A DNA stretch of 64,000 nucleotides. Origin: a virus (lineage: Duplodnaviria; Caudoviricetes). Shown here one piece after another: positions 54,301-63,527 of the stretch. Under the pieces are notes generated by a model. That model did not search any database. It saw only the letters and a program-made list of their open reading frames with translations, and was not told where the DNA came from. Location of the stretch: positions 1-64,000 of the IMG/VR virus record IMGVR_UViG_3300047160_005605; one strand, given 5' to 3'. A program made the translations under genes and the position numbers. Numbering within the stretch: position 1 is the stretch's first letter; every line of letters starts with the position of its first letter.

Positions 54301-54653
54301 CAGACTATCGCCGCTTTGAGGAACTTTTGGGCATTGTCTATCTCGGGAATCCTTTCGTACTTCTTGACCTCCCACGTATTCGGGTTCGCAAAAGGATTGA
54401 TCGGGTCGCTAAGCTGGCTGACAGGACCGAGCGACAATACGCCCATCGGCGCAACATCGGTGTCCACATAAACGATTGCCCTTGAGACAAACTCACGACC
54501 TTTGGCATCGACATAGAGGGTGGCTTTATCCTCCCATCGACAATTGATCTGCACGACGGTTCCCCAGGTAGGTCTGCCGTAATCATCGTTCCCGGTCGGT
54601 GCCCAATAGGCAGCGACTTGATGAAGCTCCACATAGTCGGGTATGCTGCTCAT
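54300..54653 (-). CDS. Head closure/stopper protein
   Basis: YWAPTGNDDYGRP....INCRWE. Confidence 0.7.
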   Translation of the reverse strand: MSSIPDYVELHQVAAYWAPTGNDDYGRPTWGTVVQINCRWEDKATLYVDAKGREFVSRAIVYVDTDVAPMGVLSLGPVSQLSDPINPFANPNTWEVKKYERIPEIDNAQKFLKAAIV

Positions 54654-55099
54654 TCGGTAAACAACCACCACCAAGGGAAAACGTACATGAAATTGCTCGG
54701 GATTGGACCGTTGTAGTACGTCATGGAAAACATCTCGATCTTCTTCCAGATAGCTCCCTTCTTGGCAGAAGCATCGAGACGCGCCAGCCCGCCGGCCGTA
54801 TCGAGACGCATGGCAGTCTGACCGTAGAAATTCGCACCAAAACCTTGATCGGACTTATTCATCCCTTCATAAGTTCCTGAGGAGGCTCCTGTGCGCTTGG
54901 AGATAAAGCGCGGCTTATAAACGTGATAAAAGAATGCCGCGAGCCACCTCTCGATCAATTCAAGGTCTGCGGTCACGTAATCAGGGTCGGTGCAGACCCT
55001 AATCACCAGATTGTCGGCAGTATCAATGAATGGGGTAAGATCCGTCGTCTGATCCCATTGAATGATGCTCTGCACCAATTCCGGCGTTGTCAGAGGCAT
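54650..55099 (-). CDS. Head-tail adaptor protein
   Basis: LIERWLAAFF...YGQTAMRLD. Confidence 0.7.
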   Translation of the reverse strand: MPLTTPELVQSIIQWDQTTDLTPFIDTADNLVIRVCTDPDYVTADLELIERWLAAFFYHVYKPRFISKRTGASSGTYEGMNKSDQGFGANFYGQTAMRLDTAGGLARLDASAKKGAIWKKIEMFSMTYYNGPIPSNFMYVFPWWWLFTE

Positions 55100-55561
55100 T
55101 TAACGCCTCTTCTTCCTGTGAGCTAACTCAGCGAGAAAAGGATCGACACTCGCCCGCTTGAGAGGTTCCTCATTGAGAGGAACATCTCGCTTACCTTTTG
55201 GAAAGACGTAGAAGCCCTTGGATCCTTTGTATATCTGCACCCCCAGGGTGCGACAACGGGGGAAAAGGTCGCTAACTTCCGTGACCTTTTCCCTCTCCTC
55301 TTTTGGGTGGGCTTTCTCCTCAGCCATGTGCCTCTGATCGTCCAGATCATGCACGCCGACGGGAGCGGGAACGTCAGGAGTTGCATCCGTGTCCTCATCC
55401 TCCTGCTTGTCAGACCAGATGCGCTTGAACTTGTTGACGAAGCGCGTCAGGTCGTCCTTCGATTCGACAATATCTCCTTTCGTATAGATTTTGCCGCCTT
55501 GGATATGCGTGCCGTTGAGGAGGCGGAACCTCATCACGTCAGATTCTTTTTCTTTCGCCAT
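55100..55561 (-). CDS. Hypothetical protein downstream of the capsid gene
   Basis: GGGAG RBS, 153 aa. Confidence 0.65.
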   Translation of the reverse strand: MAKEKESDVMRFRLLNGTHIQGGKIYTKGDIVESKDDLTRFVNKFKRIWSDKQEDEDTDATPDVPAPVGVHDLDDQRHMAEEKAHPKEEREKVTEVSDLFPRCRTLGVQIYKGSKGFYVFPKGKRDVPLNEEPLKRASVDPFLAELAHRKKRR

Positions 55562-55579
55562 GACAATTCTCCCAGAGGT

Positions 55580-56746
55580 TTAGCTGAAGTGGATGATTCC
55601 GCTGTTGCTGTTGATATCGCTGCGCAGCTGGGGAACGAGAATGCACAGGACCTTGAAGTGAAGATCCATGCCGCCTTCCGTCTCCCACTGGATCGTCGTG
55701 ATATCCATCCCGACGACAAGGCGAACCACATCCGAAGTCTGCTGGACGAGCACCAAATCGAAAGCGGGATTCGCAGCCGTGCCCTGCGGGAAATAGTCAA
55801 GAGTGCGCACGTCAATGAGGTTGTCGATGCGACGGAGACGATCGCGCAAGGTCATTGCCGTCCCGGTCGATACGTTCGTGCCGCCAACGCCCTGAATGTT
55901 GATGTAATCAGCATCCATGTACTGATCCCACGCGAGACCGCAGTAGAGGATCCAGGGGCCGTAGTGCAGCGCCGTCTGCTGGCTCTGCGTTTTCATGGCG
56001 AGGACATCATTCAGCGTGACAAGCGGATTCCAGGCAGTATTCGCAGCGCTCGCCACAAACGGCTTTTGCGTCAGGTTGCCCGTGATGCGGTCGGGGAAGT
56101 TCGTCAGACCAAAGACAGAACCACCACCGAAGTTGTAAGCGGTAGTAGTGCCCAAATAGAGTTGCTCGATCACTTCCGCCACGCGACGGCCGGCGAGTTC
56201 TGCTGTGGTGGTATCTAACGGCGAGCCACCCGTGCGCGATGCCATTAGCTGCCGCAGATCATAGGAGAAATCTTTGTGAGCGATGGGGAGCGGCAGATTG
56301 TTGAGGTCGAACATCGGGCGGTCTTCTTCGGACTTGCGCAGCCCGCTCATACTCAGAGTAGCGGGCGTGATATCCGACTGACGTTCGTGCTGCAGGATGA
56401 CCTTCGCCATGCCGTCGGGGATAGTGTATTCCAACCCAGCACTGCGAAGATCCGCGACAGCCCGGAGACGCGGCTTGGCCGCCTTGAGCACCGCCATGTC
56501 GATGGTCAGCCAATCATTCTTGCGCAGCAAGCCCTGGGCGATAGGTGCATTCTGCACGATGGCTTGCGGCACGCGCTCGCCGTTGTCATTGACGGTATAG
56601 CGAGTGATGTAGGTCCGCCCGTCCTTACCCAAATAAGGACGCCGAACCGCTAAATCGAAATTGCTGGCCATGAGGTCAGCAGCGACGTTGCCGGTGATTT
56701 GACCGTTGAAAACAAAGTCAAACCCCACGTCAGATGGCGCATACAT
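55580..56746 (-). CDS. Major capsid protein (HK97 fold, Linocin-M18/encapsulin-like)
   Basis: LPIAHKDFSYDLRQLMASR..GSPLDTTTAELAGRRVAE; follows protease and decoration genes. Confidence 0.8.
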   Translation of the reverse strand: MYAPSDVGFDFVFNGQITGNVAADLMASNFDLAVRRPYLGKDGRTYITRYTVNDNGERVPQAIVQNAPIAQGLLRKNDWLTIDMAVLKAAKPRLRAVADLRSAGLEYTIPDGMAKVILQHERQSDITPATLSMSGLRKSEEDRPMFDLNNLPLPIAHKDFSYDLRQLMASRTGGSPLDTTTAELAGRRVAEVIEQLYLGTTTAYNFGGGSVFGLTNFPDRITGNLTQKPFVASAANTAWNPLVTLNDVLAMKTQSQQTALHYGPWILYCGLAWDQYMDADYINIQGVGGTNVSTGTAMTLRDRLRRIDNLIDVRTLDYFPQGTAANPAFDLVLVQQTSDVVRLVVGMDITTIQWETEGGMDLHFKVLCILVPQLRSDINSNSGIIHFS

Positions 56747-56786
56747 TCAAGTTACCTCCTTAGGGCAAGAGAGAGTTTCCAACGGT

Positions 56787-57269
56787 TTAGTAAACGTGCA
56801 CGCGAAGCCAAGTCTTGTCGGCACCAGCGGTATTGTTCTTTGCCTCGAGAGCGTGCCCGACGAGAGCCGGAGCCGTACCGCTAGAGGCAATGAGAGTTCC
56901 GTCGCCATTCGACATGAGGGTTGCCATAAAGGCGATATTGCCCGGCGAGCCATTGGGGATCATAAAGTAGAGTTCGTCCCCCGGCAAGTAGAGCATAACG
57001 GGATTGCCCGCGCTGCCAACGACGGCCGGCGTGGCAATCGTCTGCCCCAAGTTCTGCCCGTAGGGCTGTTCGAGAGCGATGGTGCGCTCAAAGGCTCCGC
57101 CTGACGTGGAATGGGGACGGAAGTTGAGGACGCCCGAATTGCTGTAATGCTCGACAAGCATTCCAGGATAGAAAGCGACTCCGCAGATACCCTCATCGTA
57201 CCGCCCCTTGCTCTTGAGGGCGATACGGTTGGGGCCAGCAAACGGAGGACCCGCAAGCGTAACAGTCAT
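56787..57269 (-). CDS. Capsid decoration protein
   Basis: FYPGMLVE...LMSNGDGTL...VGHALEA; position. Confidence 0.65.
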   Translation of the reverse strand: MTVTLAGPPFAGPNRIALKSKGRYDEGICGVAFYPGMLVEHYSNSGVLNFRPHSTSGGAFERTIALEQPYGQNLGQTIATPAVVGSAGNPVMLYLPGDELYFMIPNGSPGNIAFMATLMSNGDGTLIASSGTAPALVGHALEAKNNTAGADKTWLRVHVY

Positions 57270-57296
57270 TGAAAAATCTCCTTTGTCAAGAGTAGG

Positions 57297-59258
57297 TTAC
57301 TTCTTGGCGAAGTTCATGGTCGGCATCGGTAGTGGCTCTTCGACAGCGGTATTGGTCTCAACCCGACCCGCACCCTGACCCGCGTAGTTCGGGCGGCTGC
57401 GCTGGGGTTGAGCGAGAGCGGCCATCGCCCGCAGATCCTTGATGGGGAAGGCGTCGTCAAGGAGGCGATCTTCGGGGTAGGTCTCAGCATCATAGCCCTT
57501 GCTGTTCTTGATGAGTTCCACCAAGCGCAGCTTCTCCTGATCGAGCGCTTCCATGCTGTTGACGATGACCTCCCGAATGCGCGGCGGAGCATTGCGGATA
57601 TAGTCGTCCACCGAGAGCACCTGATTCTTGGCCATCCTTTGCTTGTCTTTCTTCTCCTCCTCTTCCTCCTCCGTGTCGTCCTTGCCGTTGCCGTTCTTGG
57701 CATTCTTCGTCGCCTTCTTGCGCTCTTCCATATCCTGATCGGTCTCGGTCTCTTCCTCCGTGTCCCAGCGCTTCCTCTTCGCGCCCTTGGTAGCGGGGCC
57801 CTTGATGTTCGTACCCTTCCCTCCCATTTCAGAGAGTTGCTGGATTCTCGATTCATCGAGACTCTCCAGCCATTCTCGGTCTTCCTCTCCAAACGCCGAG
57901 TTGGCGAGTAGAGCATCGACCATTTCGTTCTTGGTCATGAAATCCTCCTTCTGGTTATAGGTAGCATGACCCACATAGGAACCATCGCTCACTCGGCGAT
58001 ATTCTGAATGTCTGTCAACCGATTCGCGCTTGCCCGTGTGCTTGACGTTGCCCCCGTCCATCTTGTAGGGCTGCTTGTGCATCTTGCCAGTTCTACCATC
58101 CCGAGCCACGTAGAAGTCATCATAGACATCCATTACCGAACTAGGATAGTAGTAACTCTCGTTGCTATCCGCTCCCGCCTTCGCGTCATCGGCAAGTTTT
58201 TGATTGATCTTGTTTCGGATCTTCTCATGCGACATTTTGCTACTGGCGTTGTCAATGGGGTAAACGGGGTCCTCCATCTCGTTCTTCGTCGTGCGCCAGC
58301 TATCAGGAAGTGTGAGGCCTTTGCGCTTGGCGATGGCAACCACCTTGCGGCGCACAGCTTCGGGATTGTCTGCATGGTGCAGCAGGCTCGCCGCAGATTG
58401 CACGTCCTTCTGACTCTCGATGGGGAACGATTGGTGCGGCCCGGCGAAGCTGCCTTTGTCTAGCTTGTCGCGGCGAGACTTCGGCCAGCGGTCGGATAAT
58501 TCTTGCAACTCATTCCAGAAAGCCTCTTCGTCCTCTTCGTTAGCGAGCAGCCCGGCCCCGTCCTTGATAGAGCAAGCGCCCACCTTATCGGGAAGCACTG
58601 CGAGATGATCGGGACCGTGATCGCGGGCGATAGCCTTGTAAGATTCATCATTCCAGGTACCTTCGGTCTGCTCATTCTCGGTAAACAGTCCCGTAGATAC
58701 TTCCATCTTTTCGTTCTTCTCGATGGCATCGCGGACGCGGGGATCGACCTTGTCCATACGGTCTACGTCGCACCACGCTTCGGCGATGAGTTTGCCTCTT
58801 CCCTTCTCCTCCTTGTATTGCGTGTTGAGGATAATGCCGATCTTGCGGACGGCGAGCACTTCGGGAGTGCACGCAGACGTGCCCTTGCCATTCTCTTCGG
58901 GATGGTAAACGACAACGGGCTTGTGGTTCCAAAGCATAGGCCGACGACTCAACTCTTCTTTCGGATAGTAGAGCGGGCCTTTCGAGCCTTGATGCACGCC
59001 TTCCGTAAGCATCACCATAGGCGCGACTAAATAGCGTCGCCCCTCCAAAGTCTCATAGCGAGCACGGCCAGCAAGGTTGACGGTCAGCCGTTCAAGCGTG
59101 CGGTCCATGTTTTGGGTTCCCTTTTTCTTGTCTTGGGATTTGAAGTATTCAACCTCTGCCAATCGCTTGTGCGCTTCGTGTTTGCTTTTGTAGGGACCTC
59201 CGAGATGCTTACCTCCCTCACTCTTCACCGACCAACCACCTTTTTCCCTGACGATCAT
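57297..59258 (-). CDS. Prohead protease/scaffold fusion (DUF2213-like)
   Basis: WNHKPVVVYHP, EVSTG, DHLAVLPDKVGACS; acidic/charged scaffold C-terminus. Confidence 0.8.
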   Translation of the reverse strand: MIVREKGGWSVKSEGGKHLGGPYKSKHEAHKRLAEVEYFKSQDKKKGTQNMDRTLERLTVNLAGRARYETLEGRRYLVAPMVMLTEGVHQGSKGPLYYPKEELSRRPMLWNHKPVVVYHPEENGKGTSACTPEVLAVRKIGIILNTQYKEEKGRGKLIAEAWCDVDRMDKVDPRVRDAIEKNEKMEVSTGLFTENEQTEGTWNDESYKAIARDHGPDHLAVLPDKVGACSIKDGAGLLANEEDEEAFWNELQELSDRWPKSRRDKLDKGSFAGPHQSFPIESQKDVQSAASLLHHADNPEAVRRKVVAIAKRKGLTLPDSWRTTKNEMEDPVYPIDNASSKMSHEKIRNKINQKLADDAKAGADSNESYYYPSSVMDVYDDFYVARDGRTGKMHKQPYKMDGGNVKHTGKRESVDRHSEYRRVSDGSYVGHATYNQKEDFMTKNEMVDALLANSAFGEEDREWLESLDESRIQQLSEMGGKGTNIKGPATKGAKRKRWDTEEETETDQDMEERKKATKNAKNGNGKDDTEEEEEEKKDKQRMAKNQVLSVDDYIRNAPPRIREVIVNSMEALDQEKLRLVELIKNSKGYDAETYPEDRLLDDAFPIKDLRAMAALAQPQRSRPNYAGQGAGRVETNTAVEEPLPMPTMNFAKK

Positions 59259-59290
59259 ATCTCACCTGAAGGAGAGGGTCAAGAGAAAAT

Positions 59291-59321
59291 GGAGAGAGGG
59301 GTGGACAAGGCCCCTCTCTCC
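59291..59321. terminator. Hairpin between the secreted-protein cluster and the protease gene
   Basis: ggagagagggg / cccctctctcc. Confidence 0.45.
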
Positions 59322-59351
59322 TCTCCGACAGGGCCGGGCTGCACCCCAGCC

Positions 59352-59948
59352 CTAACGCCAGTAGTAGGGATTCTTCGTATAGGTTGTATATCCACTGCGG
59401 AAGTTGCCGCCGAATCCGAAACTACCCGACACGGGCAGGGGCGCGACGATAGGCTGCACAGGCGCGATCGGCTGGACCGGCACGCCGCCGCCCCAAATCG
59501 GCTGCGTCGGTAGCACAGGCGGACTAAAGATCGGCTGCGTCGGAATGCCTGGACTCCAGATTGGCTGCGTCGGTACACCCGGTCCCCACGCTGGCAACTG
59601 TCCGGGCAGTCCCGGCTGATTGAATATAGGCTGGTCGATTCCCGGGCCGCCACCTGGACCCGGATTGACGATGGGGTTATTGATGATCGGGTTAGCAGGA
59701 GCAGGAGGCGGCGTCGGCTGCGGACCCCAGCCGGGACCGAAACCTCCGCCAGCATTCAGTCGTTCAAGGAGTAACCGCAGACGCAGGCACTCACCTTCAC
59801 GTCCACCATCACCCCCACCTTCCCGCAAGCTGCGGAGCAGGCCGAGGCAGGTCGGATTGTAAGTGTAGTAAGGTCGATAGCTGTAGTATTGTGCCTGACT
59901 TTGTACCGCCAAGGCACCGAGGATCACAAGTGAGAGAATTGCTTTCAT
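59352..59948 (-). CDS. Secreted Pro/Gly-rich protein with QPI(F/W) repeats
   Basis: Signal peptide ending SQA-Q; PTQPIW/PTQPIF repeats. Confidence 0.7.
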   Translation of the reverse strand: MKAILSLVILGALAVQSQAQYYSYRPYYTYNPTCLGLLRSLREGGGDGGREGECLRLRLLLERLNAGGGFGPGWGPQPTPPPAPANPIINNPIVNPGPGGGPGIDQPIFNQPGLPGQLPAWGPGVPTQPIWSPGIPTQPIFSPPVLPTQPIWGGGVPVQPIAPVQPIVAPLPVSGSFGFGGNFRSGYTTYTKNPYYWR

Positions 59949-59958
59949 GATTCATCTC

Positions 59959-60642
59959 CTAGCGGCAGAGGCCGCAAACCTTGGCTGGAGTGTAGGGAAC
60001 CGGGGGAATGGGATTAGTCGTCGGCCAGCGGACAGGAGGATTGACGAGCATCTGCTGAATGCCAATGTCGCCGCGTATTCCTCCGAACCCTCCGCTGCCG
60101 ATACTGAGACTGCCTTGACCACCGAAGCCGCCAATGCTCAGACTGCCGCCAACTGACATGGGCACCGGAGCAGGACCGCCAATCGGCAATTGAATGGGTA
60201 TTTCAGGAGGAGGACCGCCAACAATCGGGAAAGACGGAAAGCCGCCTCCTGGAAACACTGGCAATTGAATCGGTAGGTTGCCGCCCCCGCCAAGACGCGG
60301 AGGAACAATCACAATCGTCATCGGTAACTGATCGACCGGGACCACTGTCACGTTGCCGCTACCGCCGCCTCCGCCCGGAAACACCGGCAGCTGGCCAGAC
60401 AGCAGACCATTCCAGCCGATGTTGGGATTGGGATTCAGGTTGATGTTCGGATTGAAGCCGAGGCCGCCCCCCAGCTGGAGTTGACCTTGCCCCGGCCATG
60501 AGGAGGGCGTGCGATACTCGCTGACCATCGGCCTCTGGTAGTAAGGACCGGCCATTTGCGTCAGGGAGTAAGTCTTGACATACTGTGCCTGGGCAGCGGA
60601 TGCGAGCAGCAGAATCAATGGTGCGAACAGAAGTCGGTTCAT
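59959..60642 (-). CDS. Secreted Pro/Gly-rich protein
   Basis: MNRLLF...AAQA-Q signal peptide; QLPVFPGGG repeats; AAGGAG RBS. Confidence 0.7.
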   Translation of the reverse strand: MNRLLFAPLILLLASAAQAQYVKTYSLTQMAGPYYQRPMVSEYRTPSSWPGQGQLQLGGGLGFNPNINLNPNPNIGWNGLLSGQLPVFPGGGGGSGNVTVVPVDQLPMTIVIVPPRLGGGGNLPIQLPVFPGGGFPSFPIVGGPPPEIPIQLPIGGPAPVPMSVGGSLSIGGFGGQGSLSIGSGGFGGIRGDIGIQQMLVNPPVRWPTTNPIPPVPYTPAKVCGLCR

Positions 60643-60652
60643 GATGATCTCC

Positions 60653-61345
60653 TTAGTAACCGTATAGGTTGTATCTGGCACTATGCCATCCCATTCGTTG
60701 CAAGAAGGCTCCGATAGCCTCATGGCTGGTGTAAACACCCGGACCACCTCTTGGATCTCCCTGGACAGCGAAGCGGCCTGGACCCTGATAACCGCCGCAG
60801 ACACCAACAAGCAGGCCGGTTCTAGGGTCAATCAAGGCCCCTCCGCTGCGTCCATGCCACGGAGGCTCTTGCGTCATCGTCACCCACAGCGAGTCCGAAC
60901 GCTGAAGTACATGGGCAGGACGAACCACGGCGGGGAACTTCATTTCGTCATATCCGACGGACCAGTAGTTGCCGGGTTGTGTGTGGCCGAAGGAGGCTCC
61001 GGCAACTGGACAGACGAAAGGCCGTGGTCCGTCCCTGATCTCGATGAGCGATAAGTCATGTCGTGGATCTCGGCCCCATATTATTTGCTGGCAACCGGGG
61101 CGGAACGGGCTCCATCCTGGAGCAGATGGCATATCAAAAGTCATCCTTTTGTGGAGCATATCCTGCCCGTTCTCCGGATCAAACATATGGGAGCAACCGA
61201 GAAGAAAAGTCCGCCCTTGCTCGGTATGGATGACCGTCGCAGAGACGCCATGCGACGGGATACGCACTACGGCATCCATAGGCCCAGCCAGGGCGGATTG
61301 CGGGAGCAGGAACAGGAACGTAAGGAGCAAGCGTCTCATGGTCAA
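60653..61345 (-). CDS. Secreted trypsin-like serine protease
   Basis: Signal peptide; triad CSH, DLSL, GRSGG. Confidence 0.85.
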   Translation of the reverse strand: MTMRRLLLTFLFLLPQSALAGPMDAVVRIPSHGVSATVIHTEQGRTFLLGCSHMFDPENGQDMLHKRMTFDMPSAPGWSPFRPGCQQIIWGRDPRHDLSLIEIRDGPRPFVCPVAGASFGHTQPGNYWSVGYDEMKFPAVVRPAHVLQRSDSLWVTMTQEPPWHGRSGGALIDPRTGLLVGVCGGYQGPGRFAVQGDPRGGPGVYTSHEAIGAFLQRMGWHSARYNLYGY

Positions 61346-61539
61346 CTCTTTAGTTTGAGGCCCATCACCTGTGCGGCCAATCGTGTGCAGCGCTCAAGCA
61401 TGTCGAAACCTCTGGCGAAGTGCTGCGAGGCAGCGTCGATCTTGCTCGGAGGAGTGGAGGTGAATATGTCGAAAAGCTCACCGACTCCATAAGCATAAGC
61501 CTGGATCAGAGCGTGGCGTTTGACATCCGTGTAGCTCAT
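61342..61539 (-). CDS. Small hypothetical protein
   Basis: GAGGAGG RBS before ATG 61539. Confidence 0.55.
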   Translation of the reverse strand: MSYTDVKRHALIQAYAYGVGELFDIFTSTPPSKIDAASQHFARGFDMLERCTRLAAQVMGLKLKS

Positions 61540-61601
61540 GTCCTCCTCACTCTTGGGCGGGGCTTCACCACCATCATCAGGGCATGGCTCGCAGTCGGCC
61601 A

Positions 61602-61994
61602 CTACCGAATCCTCCCCACCAGGATCGTCCCGGTCCACGGCGGGGCCATCTTGGCCGACCAGCGACCGTTGACACGGAGATGATATTGGTTGGTATCCTG
61701 GTTCCAGATCGCCAGGACATCGTTCCCGTCCTTGTCGTACCACCAGCCATTGTTGCCTTTCTCCCAGCGCTTAACCTGCGTCGGCATGGTCTGCTGCGGC
61801 TGCGGCACATACTGCGGTCGATAGATGGGCTGAACGCCCAGACCTCCGAGGAACGGTTGCTGCATCATCATCGGAGCCATACTGGCTCCCCCGCTGTAGA
61901 AGCCTCCTCCACCACCAGAGAAGCCTCCACCGCAGGAGCCGCCTCGTCACTGACCAATACTCAAGGCACCGATCAGCATTAGTGTGTGGATCAT
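61602..61994 (-). pseudogene. Secreted Gly-rich protein interrupted by an in-frame TGA at codon 16
   Basis: MIHTLMLIGALSIGQ*RGGSCGGGF...; TGA at 61949-61947; ATGA coupling to the upstream stop. Confidence 0.6.
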
Positions 61995-62185
61995 TGTTTC
62001 AGTTTCTCCCGCCGCATCTTGGCCTTTTCTTCAATCGTGAGACCAAAGACTTGATCCTCCCAACTCTCATACCGCCACATATCGTAGAATAGGATCTTGC
62101 CCGCCAGTCCGCAGATGAAGCCGAAACACCAAGAAGCGGCTAACAACACGAAGATACACCACGTCGGCACTCCATCCTCGTTCAT
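61991..62185 (-). CDS. Small membrane protein
   Basis: One transmembrane helix; ATGA overlaps at both ends. Confidence 0.6.
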   Translation of the reverse strand: MNEDGVPTWCIFVLLAASWCFGFICGLAGKILFYDMWRYESWEDQVFGLTIEEKAKMRREKLKQ

Positions 62186-62508
62186 GGTCGAATCGGCCTC
62201 CCCGGTGGTTTGAGATCCGGCCGGTCCGGAGGTTTCACCTCGGGCGGCTTTACTGGAGGAGTCCCCACACTCGGCGGGGTCGCTGGGCAACTGCATGTAG
62301 GACACACACACACGCCGCAGGGACAGCATGGCCGGACGGAGTAGTAGCAGCAACCTCCGTTATAGCAACCTCCGCAACCATTGCCACAGCAATCGCCGCA
62401 GCCACCTCCTCTACAGCGCCCGCCACCACGACGACCAAACGCTTCGGTAGGAGAGACCAATACAAGTAACCAGAGGGCGATGGCAACGAGCATCAAGATC
62501 CGTTTCAT
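62182..62508 (-). CDS. Secreted Cys/Gly-rich protein
   Basis: MKRILM...TEA signal peptide; GGCGDCCG repeats; Pro-rich tail. Confidence 0.7.
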   Translation of the reverse strand: MKRILMLVAIALWLLVLVSPTEAFGRRGGGRCRGGGCGDCCGNGCGGCYNGGCCYYSVRPCCPCGVCVCPTCSCPATPPSVGTPPVKPPEVKPPDRPDLKPPGRPIRP

Positions 62509-62519
62509 TGCAAACCTCC

Positions 62520-62852
62520 TTAGTCGGCACGGAAATAACCCCATCGTGGGGGAACATTGATATTGGCGAACGGAGCCTGCACCGAGACACCCGGACGGAA
62601 ACCGTATCCCCAAGGTCTATTCCAACCCCAAGGTCGGCCATATCCCCACCAGGGGTTGGGTTGAAAGGCCCATGGATTAGATTGCAGCGCCCATGGATTG
62701 CAAGTGGGCGAGCAACCGAAGGGTCCGCAACAGCCGTTGGGACCGCAGGATGTGCCGGGGGCACAACCGTTAGGACCACATTGAGCTTTGCTTGGGAGGG
62801 CGAAGGTAATAAAGATGATGGTCGTTAAGCCACATAGGCTGAGAAATTTCAT
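62520..62852 (-). CDS. Secreted protein with CGPNGC and (N/R)PW repeats
   Basis: Signal peptide ending SKA-Q. Confidence 0.7.
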   Translation of the reverse strand: MKFLSLCGLTTIIFITFALPSKAQCGPNGCAPGTSCGPNGCCGPFGCSPTCNPWALQSNPWAFQPNPWWGYGRPWGWNRPWGYGFRPGVSVQAPFANINVPPRWGYFRAD

Positions 62853-62998
62853 GCCTTCTCCTTTAGCAGTAGAGTATGTTTCTTCTGGCGGGATGATCCT
62901 TTTTGCCGCTGCACGGGTTCTTCCTTCTTTTCCTTCTTTTCCTTCTTCGTCGTGTGAGCATGGGAGGTATGTCCGTGCCCATGTGTCTCCTCAGTCAT
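62849..62998 (-). CDS. Small His/Lys-rich protein
   Basis: GGAGG RBS; THGHGHTSHAH. Confidence 0.5.
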   Translation of the reverse strand: MTEETHGHGHTSHAHTTKKEKKEKKEEPVQRQKGSSRQKKHTLLLKEKA

Positions 62999-63086
62999 AA
63001 TGACCTCCTTTCGGAAGAGAGTTAATGGGTCGTGGTGGTGTAGCGAGAGGTGATTGTCTGTGTTGTAACGAATGCGCAAATGTTTG

Positions 63087-63518
63087 TCAAGGAGGCGATG
63101 GCTCGATGGAATCATAGCGACACACATAGTTGGGTTGTTTCATTAGCTCTTTCTCCTCATCGTAGGCGTCGAGAATGACTTGCCGTAGGATATTGCGACA
63201 CTCTTTGGTGATGGGGTGAGCGATATCGGCATAGAGCTTGATCTGCCCGTCGCGTGTGAGTTGATGCTCGGCTCGGTTCGGGTCTAGTCGGCGGCCACAA
63301 TCATTACAGAAGCGTGCTCGGAGATGGTTCTTGTGGCTGCAATAAGGACAATGGTCTATCCGCTTGCGCGAAGGCATCGACACGAATAGACCATTGTTGC
63401 CATTGATGATCTTGATATCCCTTACCACAAACTCATCAGCAAGGGTTATCGAGCAGAAGGCAAGGAGACGTTCGTTATCCTCTTGCATGACTTTTACTCG
63501 GACGTCCGTAATCTCCAC
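63087..63518 (-). CDS. spoVG: SpoVG with zinc-ribbon insertion
   Basis: MEITDVRV...GLFVSMPSRK..CPYC..FCNDCG..YADIAHPI. Confidence 0.92.
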   Translation of the reverse strand: MEITDVRVKVMQEDNERLLAFCSITLADEFVVRDIKIINGNNGLFVSMPSRKRIDHCPYCSHKNHLRARFCNDCGRRLDPNRAEHQLTRDGQIKLYADIAHPITKECRNILRQVILDAYDEEKELMKQPNYVCRYDSIEPSPP

Positions 63519-63527
63519 AATAGCCTC

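Noticed and set aside
55580-56746. Cellular encapsulin nanocompartment
   Set aside because: Flanked by protease/scaffold, decoration, adaptor, neck and tail genes, so it is a phage capsid protein.
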